A stretch of DNA of 64,000 nt from Candidatus Eiseniibacteriota bacterium (lineage in GTDB: Bacteria > Eisenbacteria > RBG-16-71-46): positions 992,001 through 1,056,000 of the forward strand of contig CAVSAC010000012.1 in the NCBI GenBank assembly GCA_963725865.1, given 5' to 3'. This document shows, one piece after another, positions 30,813 through 40,836 of this stretch; within the stretch, counting starts at the first letter, position 1; every line of letters begins with the position of its first letter. The notes beneath the pieces are model-generated. The model made no database searches. It saw nothing but the letters and a program-made list of their open reading frames with translations, and was not told the DNA's origin. The translations under genes and the position numbers were made by a program.

Positions 30813-32479
30813 CCCTCCCGGAGGCCCGCCTGACGCGCATCCCTGCCGACGACGCCACGCGCAGCGTGGAGCTGGCCGCTTTCATCGACGCCCATGTCGC
30901 CGAGGTGGCGCCGCTCAGCCGCCGCCACAACGAGGAGGCGTGGCTCGCGAACGTCACCGGTCTCAAGGAACACGAGGATGCGAGCGGCCGGCTCGACGCC
31001 GCGGTGCGGGGCGTGTACGCGCGCGCCGAGCCGTTCGCGTGGCTGCAGGCCCTGCGCGCGGCCGGCGGCGTGAACGACCCGCTGCTGCAGCGCCAGCTGG
31101 TGCTGCTCTGCCACGCGCACCAGTCGCAGCAGATCGCACCGGAGCGGATCGAGCGCATGGTGCGGCTCGAGAAAGCGCTCGAGAGCCGGTTCAACAACTT
31201 CCGCCCCGAACTCGACGGCCGGCGGGTGGGGGACAACGAGCTCAAGCGGCTGCTGCGCGAGTCCGACGACGTCGGCGTGCGACGCCGCGCATGGGAGGCC
31301 GCCAAGCAGGTCGGCGCCGAGGTCGAGGCCGACCTGCTCGCGCTGGTCCGCCAGCGCAACCAGGCGGCGCACTCGATGGGCTTTCGCGACTACTACGGGA
31401 TGATGCTGGGGCTCGACGAGCTCGACGAGGGCGAGTTGTTCGCGCTGCTCGACCGGCTCGACGCGGGCACCCGCCCGCTGTTCGAGCACTATCGCACCGC
31501 CCTCGACGCGACGCTCGCGCGGCGCTTCGGTGTAGCGCCCGCGGACCTGCGACCGTGGCACTTCGGGGATCCGTTCTTCCAGGAGGCACCGGCGCCGGAC
31601 GTGGACCTGTCCCCGTGGTTCGCCGGCGCCTCGCTCGAGCAGCTCACGGCGCGCTTCTTCGCCACCGTGGGACTGCCGGTCGACGGCGTGATGGCGCGCT
31701 CCGACCTGTACGAGAAAGCGGGCAAGTGCCCGCACGCGTTCTGCCTGTCGGTCGATCGCGCCGACGACGTGCGGGTGCTCTGCAACCTCCAGCCGAACGA
31801 GTACTGGATGAGCACCATGCTCCACGAGTTCGGTCACGCCGCGTACGACATCGGCGTCGACCGCAGTCTGCCGTGGCTGCTGCGGGCGCCCGCGCACACG
31901 CTGACCACCGAGGCGAGCGCGATGCTGTTCGGGCGGCTGGCGCGCAACGCGGCGTGGCTGACGCGCTGGGCGGGGATGCCGGTCACCGAGGCCCGCGCGG
32001 TGGCGGCGGCGTGCGCCCGCGCCACGCGGGCGCAGCTGCTGGTGCAGACGCGCTGGGAGCTGGTGATGTGCCACATGGAGCGCGCGCTCTACCGCGATCC
32101 CGAGCAGGACCTGCGCACGCTGTGGTGGGACCTGGTCGAGCGCTTTCAATGGGTGCGCCGGCCGGAGGGCCGCGACGCGCCGGACTGGGCGAGCAAGATC
32201 CACTTCAGCATCGCGCCGGTCTACTACCAGAACTACCTGCTGGGCGAGATGATGGCCTCGCAGCTGCAGGGCCATCTGCTCCACACGGTGCTGGGCGGGG
32301 GCGCGGACGCCGGGGAGCGCTACGTCGCGAGCCCGGAGGTGGGGGCGTTCCTGCGCGCGCGCCTGTACGCGCCCGGCCGCCGCCGCGATTGGCGCGGCGC
32401 GCTGGAGCACGCGACCGGGCACGCGCTGGACGCCGCCGCGTTCGTGGACGAGCTGGCGGGGAGGACGCCGGGCGCGTGA
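30809..32479 (+). CDS. M2/M3-type zinc metallopeptidase (peptidyl-dipeptidase/oligoendopeptidase)
   Basis: HEFGH zinc motif, TTEA, K.HF...PVYYQNYLLGE. Confidence 0.85.
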   Translation: MTLPEARLTRIPADDATRSVELAAFIDAHVAEVAPLSRRHNEEAWLANVTGLKEHEDASGRLDAAVRGVYARAEPFAWLQALRAAGGVNDPLLQRQLVLLCHAHQSQQIAPERIERMVRLEKALESRFNNFRPELDGRRVGDNELKRLLRESDDVGVRRRAWEAAKQVGAEVEADLLALVRQRNQAAHSMGFRDYYGMMLGLDELDEGELFALLDRLDAGTRPLFEHYRTALDATLARRFGVAPADLRPWHFGDPFFQEAPAPDVDLSPWFAGASLEQLTARFFATVGLPVDGVMARSDLYEKAGKCPHAFCLSVDRADDVRVLCNLQPNEYWMSTMLHEFGHAAYDIGVDRSLPWLLRAPAHTLTTEASAMLFGRLARNAAWLTRWAGMPVTEARAVAAACARATRAQLLVQTRWELVMCHMERALYRDPEQDLRTLWWDLVERFQWVRRPEGRDAPDWASKIHFSIAPVYYQNYLLGEMMASQLQGHLLHTVLGGGADAGERYVASPEVGAFLRARLYAPGRRRDWRGALEHATGHALDAAAFVDELAGRTPGA

Positions 32480-32595
32480 GCGGCCGTCGCACCGCGCGCG
32501 GGCGCGGCGTGACGGCTCGCCCCCGGGGCGGATGCGCGCCTGCGCGAATCCCGCCGCGATCGCCCCGCCCGCCCCGGATTCGAACCGCGCGCGCT

Positions 32596-32655
32596 CCCTG
32601 ACGCTCGGGATCAGCGGCGGTGCGAATGCGCCGCCCGCCGATGCCGTTGTTAGCT
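32596..32655 (-). mobile_element. Degenerate integron attC site (59-base element)
   Basis: Minus strand AGCTAAC-AACGG-CATCGGCG-(GGCGGCGCATTCGCACCGCC hairpin)-GCTGATC-CCGAGC-GTCAGGG; 60 nt; the ORF's TAA stop lies in the R'' box. Confidence 0.7.
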
Positions 32656-32850
32656 GGCGTCGTCCTTCCTCTGGGACTCAGGCGTGGGCCGCTGCTTCTT
32701 GGTGCTCCTCGCTCTCACGGCGATCGCCACTACCAGCCAAAGCACTCCCAGCGCTCCCACACCCGGTCTGCCGGAAAGCAGGCCAACCGCGATCCAGATC
32801 AGGGCAATCAGCACGAAGGCAAGGCCTGACTCGAAGAACTTCCTCACCAT
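32650..32850 (-). CDS. Small two-TM hypothetical protein (gene-cassette-like)
   Basis: 66 aa; SD GGAGG; about 62% GC by hand count, with AGG/AGA/CTT/GTA/TCA codons unlike its neighbours. Confidence 0.7.
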   Translation of the reverse strand: MVRKFFESGLAFVLIALIWIAVGLLSGRPGVGALGVLWLVVAIAVRARSTKKQRPTPESQRKDDAS

Positions 32851-32883
32851 CCCCCTCCGCTGATCCTGCGTTCCCTTGGCTGC

Positions 32884-34336
32884 CTACCGCACGTTCGCCA
32901 GCAGCGCGAGCAGGTACTCCCAGAAGCGCCCGACCGAGCCGATGTGGATCTTCTCGTCCGGCGAATGGACGCCCTCGAGCGTGGGGCCGAACGAGACCAT
33001 GTCCATGTCCGGGTACTTCTCGCCGATGATCCCGCACTCGAGCCCGGCGTGGATCGCCTTCACCTCCGCCGGCTTGCCCGCGTACTGCTGGTAGGTGCGG
33101 ATCGCGACCTTGAGGATCGGCGAGTCCAGGTTGGGCTTCCAGCCGGGATAGCCGTCGGAACCCGCGACCTCCGCGCCGCCCAGCTCGAACGCCGCCGTCA
33201 CGGTGTCGGTGATGTCGAGGATCTCCGACGCCACCGAGCTGCGCTGGCTGGTGGCGATCACGATGCCGCGACGACCGGTCGCGATCGAGGCCACGTTGGT
33301 CGACGTCTCGACCAGCCCGGGGATGTCGGCGCTCATCTTGATCACTCCGTGCGGCAGCGCCTGCAGGGTCCGCAGCAGGCGGTTCTGGAGCGCGCGCTTG
33401 AACACCTTGCCGCGCGCCTTCGAGGGCTGAGCGCTCACGCGCAGGTCGGGCTCGACGGTCGCCAGCTCCGCGCGCGCGATCGCGTCGAACTCCGCCACCG
33501 CGGCGCGCGCCGCCTCGAGCCGGGCGCGCGGCACGAACACCAGCGCGGTCGCATCGCGCGGGATCGCGTTGCGCTTGTTGCCGCCGTCGATGCGCGCGAT
33601 GCGTCCGCCGAGCTCCGCCACCCGCGCCAGCGCGCGCGCGAGCAGCTTGACCGCGTTGCCGCGGCCCTTGTCGATCTCGAGCCCAGAGTGCCCGCCGCGC
33701 AGGCCGCCCACCGCGATCTCGAGCGCCGCGCCGCCGGCCGGGGCGGGATCGGTCGCGAGCGGCCAGGTGCCGGTGGTGTCACGGCCGCCCGAGCAGCCGA
33801 CGTACAGCGCGCCCTCCTCCTCGGAGTCGAGGTTGAGCAGGGTTCCGCTCTGCAGGAAGCCGGGCTGCAGGCTCTGCGCGCCGGTCAGGCCGGTCTCCTC
33901 GTCGATCGTGAACAGGAACTCGAGCGGTCCGTGCTCGAGCGCGCGGTCCTCCATGATCGCGAGGAACGTGGCGACCGCGACGCCGTTGTCGGCGCCGAGC
34001 GTGGTGCCGTCGGCCATCATCAGGTCGCCCTGGCGCACCAGCACGATCGGGTCCTTCGTGAAGTCGTGCTTCACGTCGGGGCGCTTCTCGCACACCATGT
34101 CGAGGTGGCCCTGCAGGCACACCATCGGGGCACGCTCGCGACCGGGTGCGGCGGGCTTGCGCACGACCACGTTGCCGGACGCGGTCCTGGGCCCACTCCA
34201 GCCCCAGCCGCTTGGCGGCGGCGATCACGAACGCCGCGGCCCTCTCCTCGTGCTTGGAACCGCGCGGGACGCGCGACAGCTCGGCGAAGTGCTTCCACAG
34301 GGCGGCGGGTTCGAGTCCTTCGATGGCGTTCGCCAT
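32884..34336 (-). CDS. pepD: Aminoacyl-histidine dipeptidase (M20C); +1 frameshift near 34183
   Basis: N-terminus (PRGSKHE) is in one frame; LQGHLDMVCEK, TTLGADNG, EETGL, GGHSG and IHAGLECG are in another; removing one C joins them. Confidence 0.9.
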
Positions 34337-34557
34337 GACTGCTCCTCTGCATCACGGGCGCGCGCGGCGCGCGGCGCGTGGATCGCTTCGAGGCCCGCTC
34401 CGGGGGCGCGGCGGCTCCGCGCCGGGGCGGGTTGGGACGAGACGGGCCGGTCCTGCTACCTTCATGGCCGTCCGCGGACCGCCGCATGATAGTGCAGTCC
34501 GCCGCCGAGGGCAGCCGACCCGAGTCCATCCACCATCCGAAGGCCCAGGAATCCGCC

Positions 34558-35889
34558 ATGACGCCCGACCCGCAGCCCCTCGACCCGCAGGCCAGCCACG
34601 TCCCCGAGTCCGACGACGAACGACCGTCGGACGCCTTCGCCGAGGCACTCGCGGAGTTCGAGAGCGGCTCCCGTCCGGCCCACGCCGCCGCGACCGCGGC
34701 CACCGACCTCGCGGTCGGAAGCCAGGTGAAGGGCACCGTCGTCGGGGTGGGCGAGGAGTTCGTGCTGATCGACTTCGGCGGCCGCAGTGAGGCGGTGGTC
34801 GAGACGCGCCACTTCCGCGCCGAGGACGGCACGGTGAGCGTCGCCGTGGGCGCGGTGCTCGAGCTGTTCGTGATCGAGGCCGCCGACCAGGTCGTGCTGG
34901 CGCCGTCGATCCGGGCGGAGCCGCACGCCGCGCTGCGCCAGGTGCGCGAGGCGCGTGCCGCCGGGGTGCCGGTCAGCGGGCGCGTCACCGCGCACAACGC
35001 CGGCGGCCTGCAGGTCGATCTCGGGGGCGTGCGCGCGTTCTGCCCGCTGTCCCAGATCGAGGCCGGCTTCTGCGCCGACCCGTCCGTCTACGTCGGACGC
35101 ACGCTGGAGTTCCTCGTCACCTCGATCGAGGAGGGCCGCGGCGGCGCGGTGCTCTCGCGCCGCGCGCTGTTGCGCCAGGCCGAGGCGGTGGCGGCCCAGC
35201 AGGTACTCGCCGCGCTGAAGCCCGGCGACGAGCGCGAGGGGCGGGTGGCGCGGCTCGAGGCGTTCGGCGCGTTCGTCGACCTCGGCGGCGTGGACGGGCT
35301 CGTGCACGTGTCGGAGATCCGCCACGACCGCACCGGGCATCCGAAGGAGGTGTTGCACGAGGGCGAGACGGTGAAGGTGCGCGTGCTGCGGATCGAGACC
35401 GGCAAGGACGGCCGCCCGCGCGTCGCGCTCTCGATCAAGGCGTGTGCGCCCGACCCGTGGACCGGGGTGGCGCAGCGCTATGCGCCCGGCACCCGGGTGC
35501 ACGGCGTGGTCGCGCGCCTGGCGGACTTCGGCGCATTCGTGACGCTCGAGCCGGGGATCGACGGACTGGTGCACGTCTCGCAGGTCGCGCACCAGCGCAT
35601 CACCCACCCGAAGGAGGTGCTGACTCCCGGGCAGGAGGTCGAGGCCGTGGTGCTCGCGGTCGAGCCGGACAAGAAGCGCGTCTCGCTCTCGATCAAGCAG
35701 CTGACCGAGGCGCCCGAGCGCGCGCCCCGCGCGGCGGCGCCACGCCCGCGGCCGCGGACCCGCGAGGAGCGCGCGCCGGCGCCCGTCGCCGCCGCCCCGA
35801 GCGCGCCCGCCGAGCCCACCACCATGGCGATCGCGTTGCGGAAGGCGATGGAGGAGGCGGCGCGCAGGCAGGGCAAGACCCCCGCGTGA
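34558..35889 (+). CDS. S1 RNA-binding repeat protein (short RpsA-like, about 4 S1 domains)
   Basis: RAFCPLSQI, FGAFVDLGGVDGLVHVSEI and FGAFVTLEPGIDGLVHVSQ motifs. Confidence 0.88.
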   Translation: MTPDPQPLDPQASHVPESDDERPSDAFAEALAEFESGSRPAHAAATAATDLAVGSQVKGTVVGVGEEFVLIDFGGRSEAVVETRHFRAEDGTVSVAVGAVLELFVIEAADQVVLAPSIRAEPHAALRQVREARAAGVPVSGRVTAHNAGGLQVDLGGVRAFCPLSQIEAGFCADPSVYVGRTLEFLVTSIEEGRGGAVLSRRALLRQAEAVAAQQVLAALKPGDEREGRVARLEAFGAFVDLGGVDGLVHVSEIRHDRTGHPKEVLHEGETVKVRVLRIETGKDGRPRVALSIKACAPDPWTGVAQRYAPGTRVHGVVARLADFGAFVTLEPGIDGLVHVSQVAHQRITHPKEVLTPGQEVEAVVLAVEPDKKRVSLSIKQLTEAPERAPRAAAPRPRPRTREERAPAPVAAAPSAPAEPTTMAIALRKAMEEAARRQGKTPA

Positions 35890-36281
35890 CGCGGGCGCGG
35901 CGCGGACGCCCCGATTCCCGCGGGCCCCGGAAGAGCGCCGGGCGCGGTCCGCACGCAATCGCGTGCGGTCGGGGTCGGGTTTTCGCTACAATGCGCGGCC
36001 GGACCCTCCATCCGTAGATGGCCGATCCTCTGGAGTGTCCGCCGGAACCATGATCCCGCCGACCCGCCGCACCGGCGCAGTTCGAAGCGCCGGCGACGGG
36101 GAGGGGGCGATGGCGACGGCGGCCGGTTCCCGGGTGTCCTCGCAGTGGGACGCCGGGCGGGCCGTTCTGGTGGGTCATCGAGCAGTTCGTCCCGATCCGC
36201 AGGTCGGCGCGTGACCGCCGGCTGGATCCACAGCTGGCGCCCGCCTGCCGAACGGTGCGGCGCGATCCCAGGAGGTGTCCT

Positions 36282-37589
36282 TTGTCGACTCCGAGCACCC
36301 CGCAGGCCGCGACGGCCGGCGCGACCCTGACGTTCGATGGCGGATCGGTGAACCTTCCGATCGTCTCAGGCAGCGAGGGCGAGAAGGCCGTCGTGGTCGA
36401 GACCCTGCGCGCCAAGACCGGGCTGATCACCCTCGACCCCGGCTACGGCAACACCGGCTCGTGCCGCAGCGCCGTGACGTTCATCGACGGCGAGAAGGGC
36501 ATCCTGCGCTACCGCGGCTACGACATCGCCGAGCTGGCGGAGAAGAGCTCGTTCCTCGAGGTGGCCTGGCTGCTGATCCACGGCGAGTTGCCGCGCAAGG
36601 CCGAGCTGGACGGCTTCACGGACGACATCACGCGCCACACGCTCCTGCACGAGAACTTCCGCCGCTTCTTCGACGCGATGCCCAAGGACGCCCACCCGAT
36701 GCCGGTGTGCGCGGCGGCGTTCGCGGCGCTCGCGACCTACTACCCGGACACCGAGGGCGATCGCTCCCTTCAGGACACGGTGGTGCGCCTGATCGCCAAG
36801 ATGCCCACCATCGCGGCGTACTCCTACAAGCACTCGATCGGCCAGCCGTTCATCTATCCGCAGAACCGGCTCGACTACTCCACGAACTTCCTCCACATGA
36901 TGTTCGCCACGCCGGCCGAGGATTACGCGGTGGATCCGCTGCTGGCGAAGGTCGTCGAGCTGCTGCTGATCCTCCACGCGGACCACGAGCAGAACTGCTC
37001 GACCAGCACCGTGCGCATGGTGGGCTCCTCGCGCGCGAACCTCTACGCGTGCATCTCCGCCGGCATCAGCGCCCTGTGGGGGCCGCTCCACGGCGGCGCG
37101 AACCAGGAGGTCATCCAGATGCTGGAGCGCATCGAGGCCGAGGGCGGCGATGCGCGGAGTTTCGTGGACCGAGCGAAGGACAAGAAGGACAACAGCCGCC
37201 TGATGGGCTTCGGCCACCGCGTGTACAAGAACTACGATCCGCGCGCGGCGGTGCTCAAGAAGTCGTGCGACGAGGTACTCGCCAAGATGGGCATCCGCAG
37301 CCGCCTGCTGGAGATCGCCAAGCAGCTCGAGGACATCGCGCTGCACGACGACTACTTCGTGAGCCACAAGCTCTACCCGAACGTCGACTTCTACTCGGGC
37401 ATCATCTACCAGGCGCTCGGGATCCCGGTGAACATGTTCACCGTGATGTTCACGATGGGGCGCATGCCCGGCTGGATCGCCCAGTGGATGGAGATGCGGC
37501 GCGATCCCGAGACGCGCATCGGACGCCCGCGCCAGATCTACACCGGCGCGCGGCAGCGGTCCTACCAGCCCATCGGGGCGCGCAAGTAA
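36282..37589 (+). CDS. gltA: Citrate synthase
   Basis: FIDGEKGILRYRGY, LHADHEQNCST, LWGPLHGGAN, GFGHRVYKNYDPRA and YPNVDFYSG motifs; TTG start after GGAGG. Confidence 0.96.
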   Translation: MSTPSTPQAATAGATLTFDGGSVNLPIVSGSEGEKAVVVETLRAKTGLITLDPGYGNTGSCRSAVTFIDGEKGILRYRGYDIAELAEKSSFLEVAWLLIHGELPRKAELDGFTDDITRHTLLHENFRRFFDAMPKDAHPMPVCAAAFAALATYYPDTEGDRSLQDTVVRLIAKMPTIAAYSYKHSIGQPFIYPQNRLDYSTNFLHMMFATPAEDYAVDPLLAKVVELLLILHADHEQNCSTSTVRMVGSSRANLYACISAGISALWGPLHGGANQEVIQMLERIEAEGGDARSFVDRAKDKKDNSRLMGFGHRVYKNYDPRAAVLKKSCDEVLAKMGIRSRLLEIAKQLEDIALHDDYFVSHKLYPNVDFYSGIIYQALGIPVNMFTVMFTMGRMPGWIAQWMEMRRDPETRIGRPRQIYTGARQRSYQPIGARK

Positions 37590-37612
37590 CGCGGGTCTGC
37601 GGGAGGCGCGGG

Positions 37613-38533
37613 ATGCTCGAGATGGCGCTGCTGGGCGGCGCCGCCATGACCGGCGTCGCCGGCGGCGCGGCCCTGATGGCGCTCTTTCCGCCGCTTCCGC
37701 GCGACCTCGGCGGCGCGCCCGACCTCGATGGCCGGGCGCGCCGCATCCGCATCCCGGTCGCGGGCGGCGACACGCTCGATGGCTGGTGGCTCGCGGGCCG
37801 CGCTCCCGCGCTCGTGATCCTGTTCCACGGCTACGGGCGCGACCACTCCCGCGCGTGGCGCTACGGCGCGTTCCTCGAGGCCGCGGGCTACGCGGTGCTG
37901 ACGGTCGACTTCCGATCCTCGCGGCACTGGCGGCGGCTGCCGACGACGCTGGGACACCACGAGATCCTCGACGCCGAGGCGGCGCTGGCGTGGGCGCTGC
38001 GCGAGCCGGCGCTCTCCGGCCATCGCATCGGCGTGTTCGGCGAGTCCCTGGGGGGCGCGGTGGCGGTGCGGCTGGCGGGTGCGCACCCCGAGGTCGCCGC
38101 GGTGGCGGTGGACTGCGCGTTCGCGGACGGCGCGCTGGCGCTGGCGGACTCCTCGCAGCGCTGGGCGCGGCTGCCGCGTCACGCCGGCCGCGCCGCGCGG
38201 GTGCTGGCGCGGGTGGCGACCGGCCACGATCCGGGCGCCTTCGACGTCACGCCGTGGGCGGAACGCCTCCGCGACCGCCCGGCGTTCTTCATCCACGCGC
38301 TCGACGACGACCGCCTGTCGCCCGAGCACGCGCGGCGGCTCTGGCGGGCGGCGGGGGCCAAGGACCCGCTGTGGTGGATCGCGGGAGCGGGTCACAACGA
38401 GGGCTGGCTGCGCGAGCGGGTGGCCTACGAGCGCGCGCTCACCGCGTTCTTCGACCACGCGCTGCTCGATCGCGGGCCCGGCGTGCCCGCGGGCGAGCAC
38501 CGCGCGGCGCCGGTCGGCGCGGACCGGAGCTGA
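37613..38533 (+). CDS. Alpha/beta hydrolase with N-terminal anchor
   Basis: FHGYG, GESLGG nucleophile elbow, AGHN. Confidence 0.85.
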   Translation: MLEMALLGGAAMTGVAGGAALMALFPPLPRDLGGAPDLDGRARRIRIPVAGGDTLDGWWLAGRAPALVILFHGYGRDHSRAWRYGAFLEAAGYAVLTVDFRSSRHWRRLPTTLGHHEILDAEAALAWALREPALSGHRIGVFGESLGGAVAVRLAGAHPEVAAVAVDCAFADGALALADSSQRWARLPRHAGRAARVLARVATGHDPGAFDVTPWAERLRDRPAFFIHALDDDRLSPEHARRLWRAAGAKDPLWWIAGAGHNEGWLRERVAYERALTAFFDHALLDRGPGVPAGEHRAAPVGADRS

Positions 38534-38534
38534 C

Positions 38535-39332
38535 ATGGTGACCACCATCCGGCTCGGCACCCAGGGCTGGGCCTACGGGGACTGGATCGGCTCGTTCTAT
38601 CCGCCCGCCGCCAAGCAGGAGGACTACCTGCCGTTCTACTCGCGCGTGTTCGACAGCGTGGAGTGCGACACCACCTTCTACCATCCCCCCAAGCCTGCCA
38701 TCGCGCGGTCGTGGGAGAAGCGCGTGCCGGCGCACTTCCGCTTCGCCGCCAAGGTGCCGCAGCGCATCACCCACGAGGCCCGGCTCTCGCGCATGGGCGA
38801 GCACATGCAGACGTTCGTGAAGGCGCTCGAGCCGCTCGGTCCCAAGCTGGGGCCGCTGCTGGTGCAGATGCCGGCCGAGTTCACGCGCGACGCGGGCACC
38901 GTCGGCCTGCTCGGCCGGTTCCTCGCCGCGTGTCCGGTGGAGGTGCGGATCGCGGTGGAGTTCCGGCACCGTTCGTGGCACACCGCCGAGACGTGGGACC
39001 TGCTGCGCAAGCACCGCGTCGCGGTGGCGTGGACGGAGTGGCGCGATCTGCCGCGGGTGACCGAGGTGACCGCCGACTTCCTGTACCTGCGCTGGCTCGG
39101 CGACCGGCAGGAGATCGCGCGCTACACCCACGTGCAGATCGAGCGCACGCCCTCGTTCGACGCCTGGCAGCGCGACCTCGAGCGCGTGCTGCCCGAGGTG
39201 CGCGAGGTGTACGGCTACTTCAACAACCATTGGGCCGGGCACTCGCCGGCGAGCGCCAACGAGATGAAGCGCCGCCTCGGGCTCACCGTCGTGGATCCGC
39301 GCGGCCTGTGGCCGCAGCGCGAGTTGTTCTGA
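38535..39332 (+). CDS. DUF72 family protein
   Basis: GTQGW.Y..W.G.FYP, VE.DTTFY..P, KVPQ.ITH, AVEFRH.SW and YFNNH motifs. Confidence 0.9.
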   Translation: MVTTIRLGTQGWAYGDWIGSFYPPAAKQEDYLPFYSRVFDSVECDTTFYHPPKPAIARSWEKRVPAHFRFAAKVPQRITHEARLSRMGEHMQTFVKALEPLGPKLGPLLVQMPAEFTRDAGTVGLLGRFLAACPVEVRIAVEFRHRSWHTAETWDLLRKHRVAVAWTEWRDLPRVTEVTADFLYLRWLGDRQEIARYTHVQIERTPSFDAWQRDLERVLPEVREVYGYFNNHWAGHSPASANEMKRRLGLTVVDPRGLWPQRELF

Positions 39333-39372
39333 GCCGGCTGGCCGTGGTCCGTCACCCCCGAGGGCGCCCCCG

Positions 39373-40191
39373 ATGAGCGGACTGTTGCGCAACGCCCCCT
39401 GTCCCTGCGGGAGCGGCCGGAAGTACAAGCAGTGCTGCCTCCATCGTGACGAGGAGGAGCAGGCGCGCCGCCGCCACCGCGACCGCGGCGTCGAGATCGC
39501 GCTGGACTGGCTCACCGAGCGGTTCCCGAAGGAATACGAGGCCGCGGTGCTGGACGGCTTCTTCGCCGCGCTGGGCGAGTCGGAGCGCGCGGCGGTCGGG
39601 GACCTCGACGCGCCCGCGCGCGCGATGATCGACCAGAACATCGGCGAGTGGCTGCTCGCCGATGGCGTGCTCGAGCTGGAGGTGGAGGGGGAGAAGGTCG
39701 AGCGCCGCGTCGCCGACCTGGTGCTCGGTCCGCAGGCGCCGCCGCTCGCGAGCGACCAGCGCGAGCTGCTCGAGGGTCTGCGCGACCGGCCGCTGCGCCT
39801 CTACGAGGTCGCGGCTGCCGTGGCGGGCCGCGGGCTCACGCTGCGGGACGCGCTCGAGCCGGCGGAGCCGTTCGAGCTGGGCGATCCGTACCTCGCGGAT
39901 CGCCTCGAACCCGGCGAGTTCGTGGGCCTGCGCGTGCTGGCGGCAGCGGGCGCGTGCGAACCCTCGGGCGCCCTGTACGCGTTCTCGGCCGCCGCCGGCT
40001 CGGAGGTGCTCGCGCGCCTGCGCGAGGAGCTCGAGGCGTTCGCGGCCGACGCCGACGCCGATCCTGCGGAGCTGCGCCGCCGGGTGGTGTGCGAGACCAT
40101 CATCGATGCCTGGCTGGCCGGACTGACCGGACCGGTCGCGGTGGGCGAGGGGGCCACGCCGGCGGAGGCGCCGGAGCACCCCCGCAGCTAG
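39373..40191 (+). CDS. SEC-C motif domain protein
   Basis: N-terminal RNAPCPCGSGRKYKQCC. Confidence 0.8.
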   Translation: MSGLLRNAPCPCGSGRKYKQCCLHRDEEEQARRRHRDRGVEIALDWLTERFPKEYEAAVLDGFFAALGESERAAVGDLDAPARAMIDQNIGEWLLADGVLELEVEGEKVERRVADLVLGPQAPPLASDQRELLEGLRDRPLRLYEVAAAVAGRGLTLRDALEPAEPFELGDPYLADRLEPGEFVGLRVLAAAGACEPSGALYAFSAAAGSEVLARLREELEAFAADADADPAELRRRVVCETIIDAWLAGLTGPVAVGEGATPAEAPEHPRS

Positions 40192-40829
40192 TGTCCGGCG
40201 CCCTTCGGCGCCGCCACGCCCGAGACGGTGGCGAGTGCGCGCAGCGCGGCCTCGCGGGCGGCGTCGATCTGGGCCTCGGGGCCCGACAGGTACATGCGGC
40301 CGAACGCCCCGAACAGCTGCGCGTCGAGCAGCTTCACGTGCGCGGCCTTGACGGCCTCGTTGCACGCGAAGGCGATGTAGCCGGCCGGCTCGGTCTCCAT
40401 GATCAGCAGCGACTCGCCCGGCAGCAGCATGTCGCCGTAGCGGATCTTGTTGATGAGCTGGGCGTGGTAGGACTCGACCGAGCGGATGACCTGGTCGGAC
40501 ACCAGCCGCGGCTTCACGCGCTCGTGCTCCTGGAGCCCCAGGTAATCGAGCACCGCCTGGCCGCCGATCTGGACCTGCCCCTTGTCGTGGTCGTGGATCT
40601 CGAGCAACCCGAAGGCCCGTTCGACCACCATGATCGCGGGCGTGCAGCGGGTCGCCTTGAGCGCCACGTCGGTGATGCGGTTGATGATGAGTCCGGGCGC
40701 GGTCTCGATGAACATCGAGGCCACGCCGGCCACCGGCAGGAAGCCGCGCGCCGTCGTCCCGATGAACGCGGCGAGCTGCGGCTGCAGATCGTCGAGGAAG
40801 ATATAGGTGCGCAAGGAGACATCGGCCAT
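40188..40829 (-). CDS. Bacterial microcompartment tandem-domain shell protein (BMC-T, CsoS1D/CcmP-like)
   Basis: LRTYIFLD.LQPQLAAF, E.APG..I.R.TD.ALKA, VVERAFG.LE, E..PAGY...A.NEA.KAA and GAFGR motifs. Confidence 0.88.
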   Translation of the reverse strand: MADVSLRTYIFLDDLQPQLAAFIGTTARGFLPVAGVASMFIETAPGLIINRITDVALKATRCTPAIMVVERAFGLLEIHDHDKGQVQIGGQAVLDYLGLQEHERVKPRLVSDQVIRSVESYHAQLINKIRYGDMLLPGESLLIMETEPAGYIAFACNEAVKAAHVKLLDAQLFGAFGRMYLSGPEAQIDAAREAALRALATVSGVAAPKGAGH

Positions 40830-40836
40830 GCGCGGC

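Noticed and set aside
32576..32586. tRNA T-loop-like GGTTCGAATCC on the minus strand next to the attC
   Set aside because: The T-stem pairs for only about 3 bp, and I could not build acceptor, D or anticodon arms. It is not a tRNA and at most a remnant.
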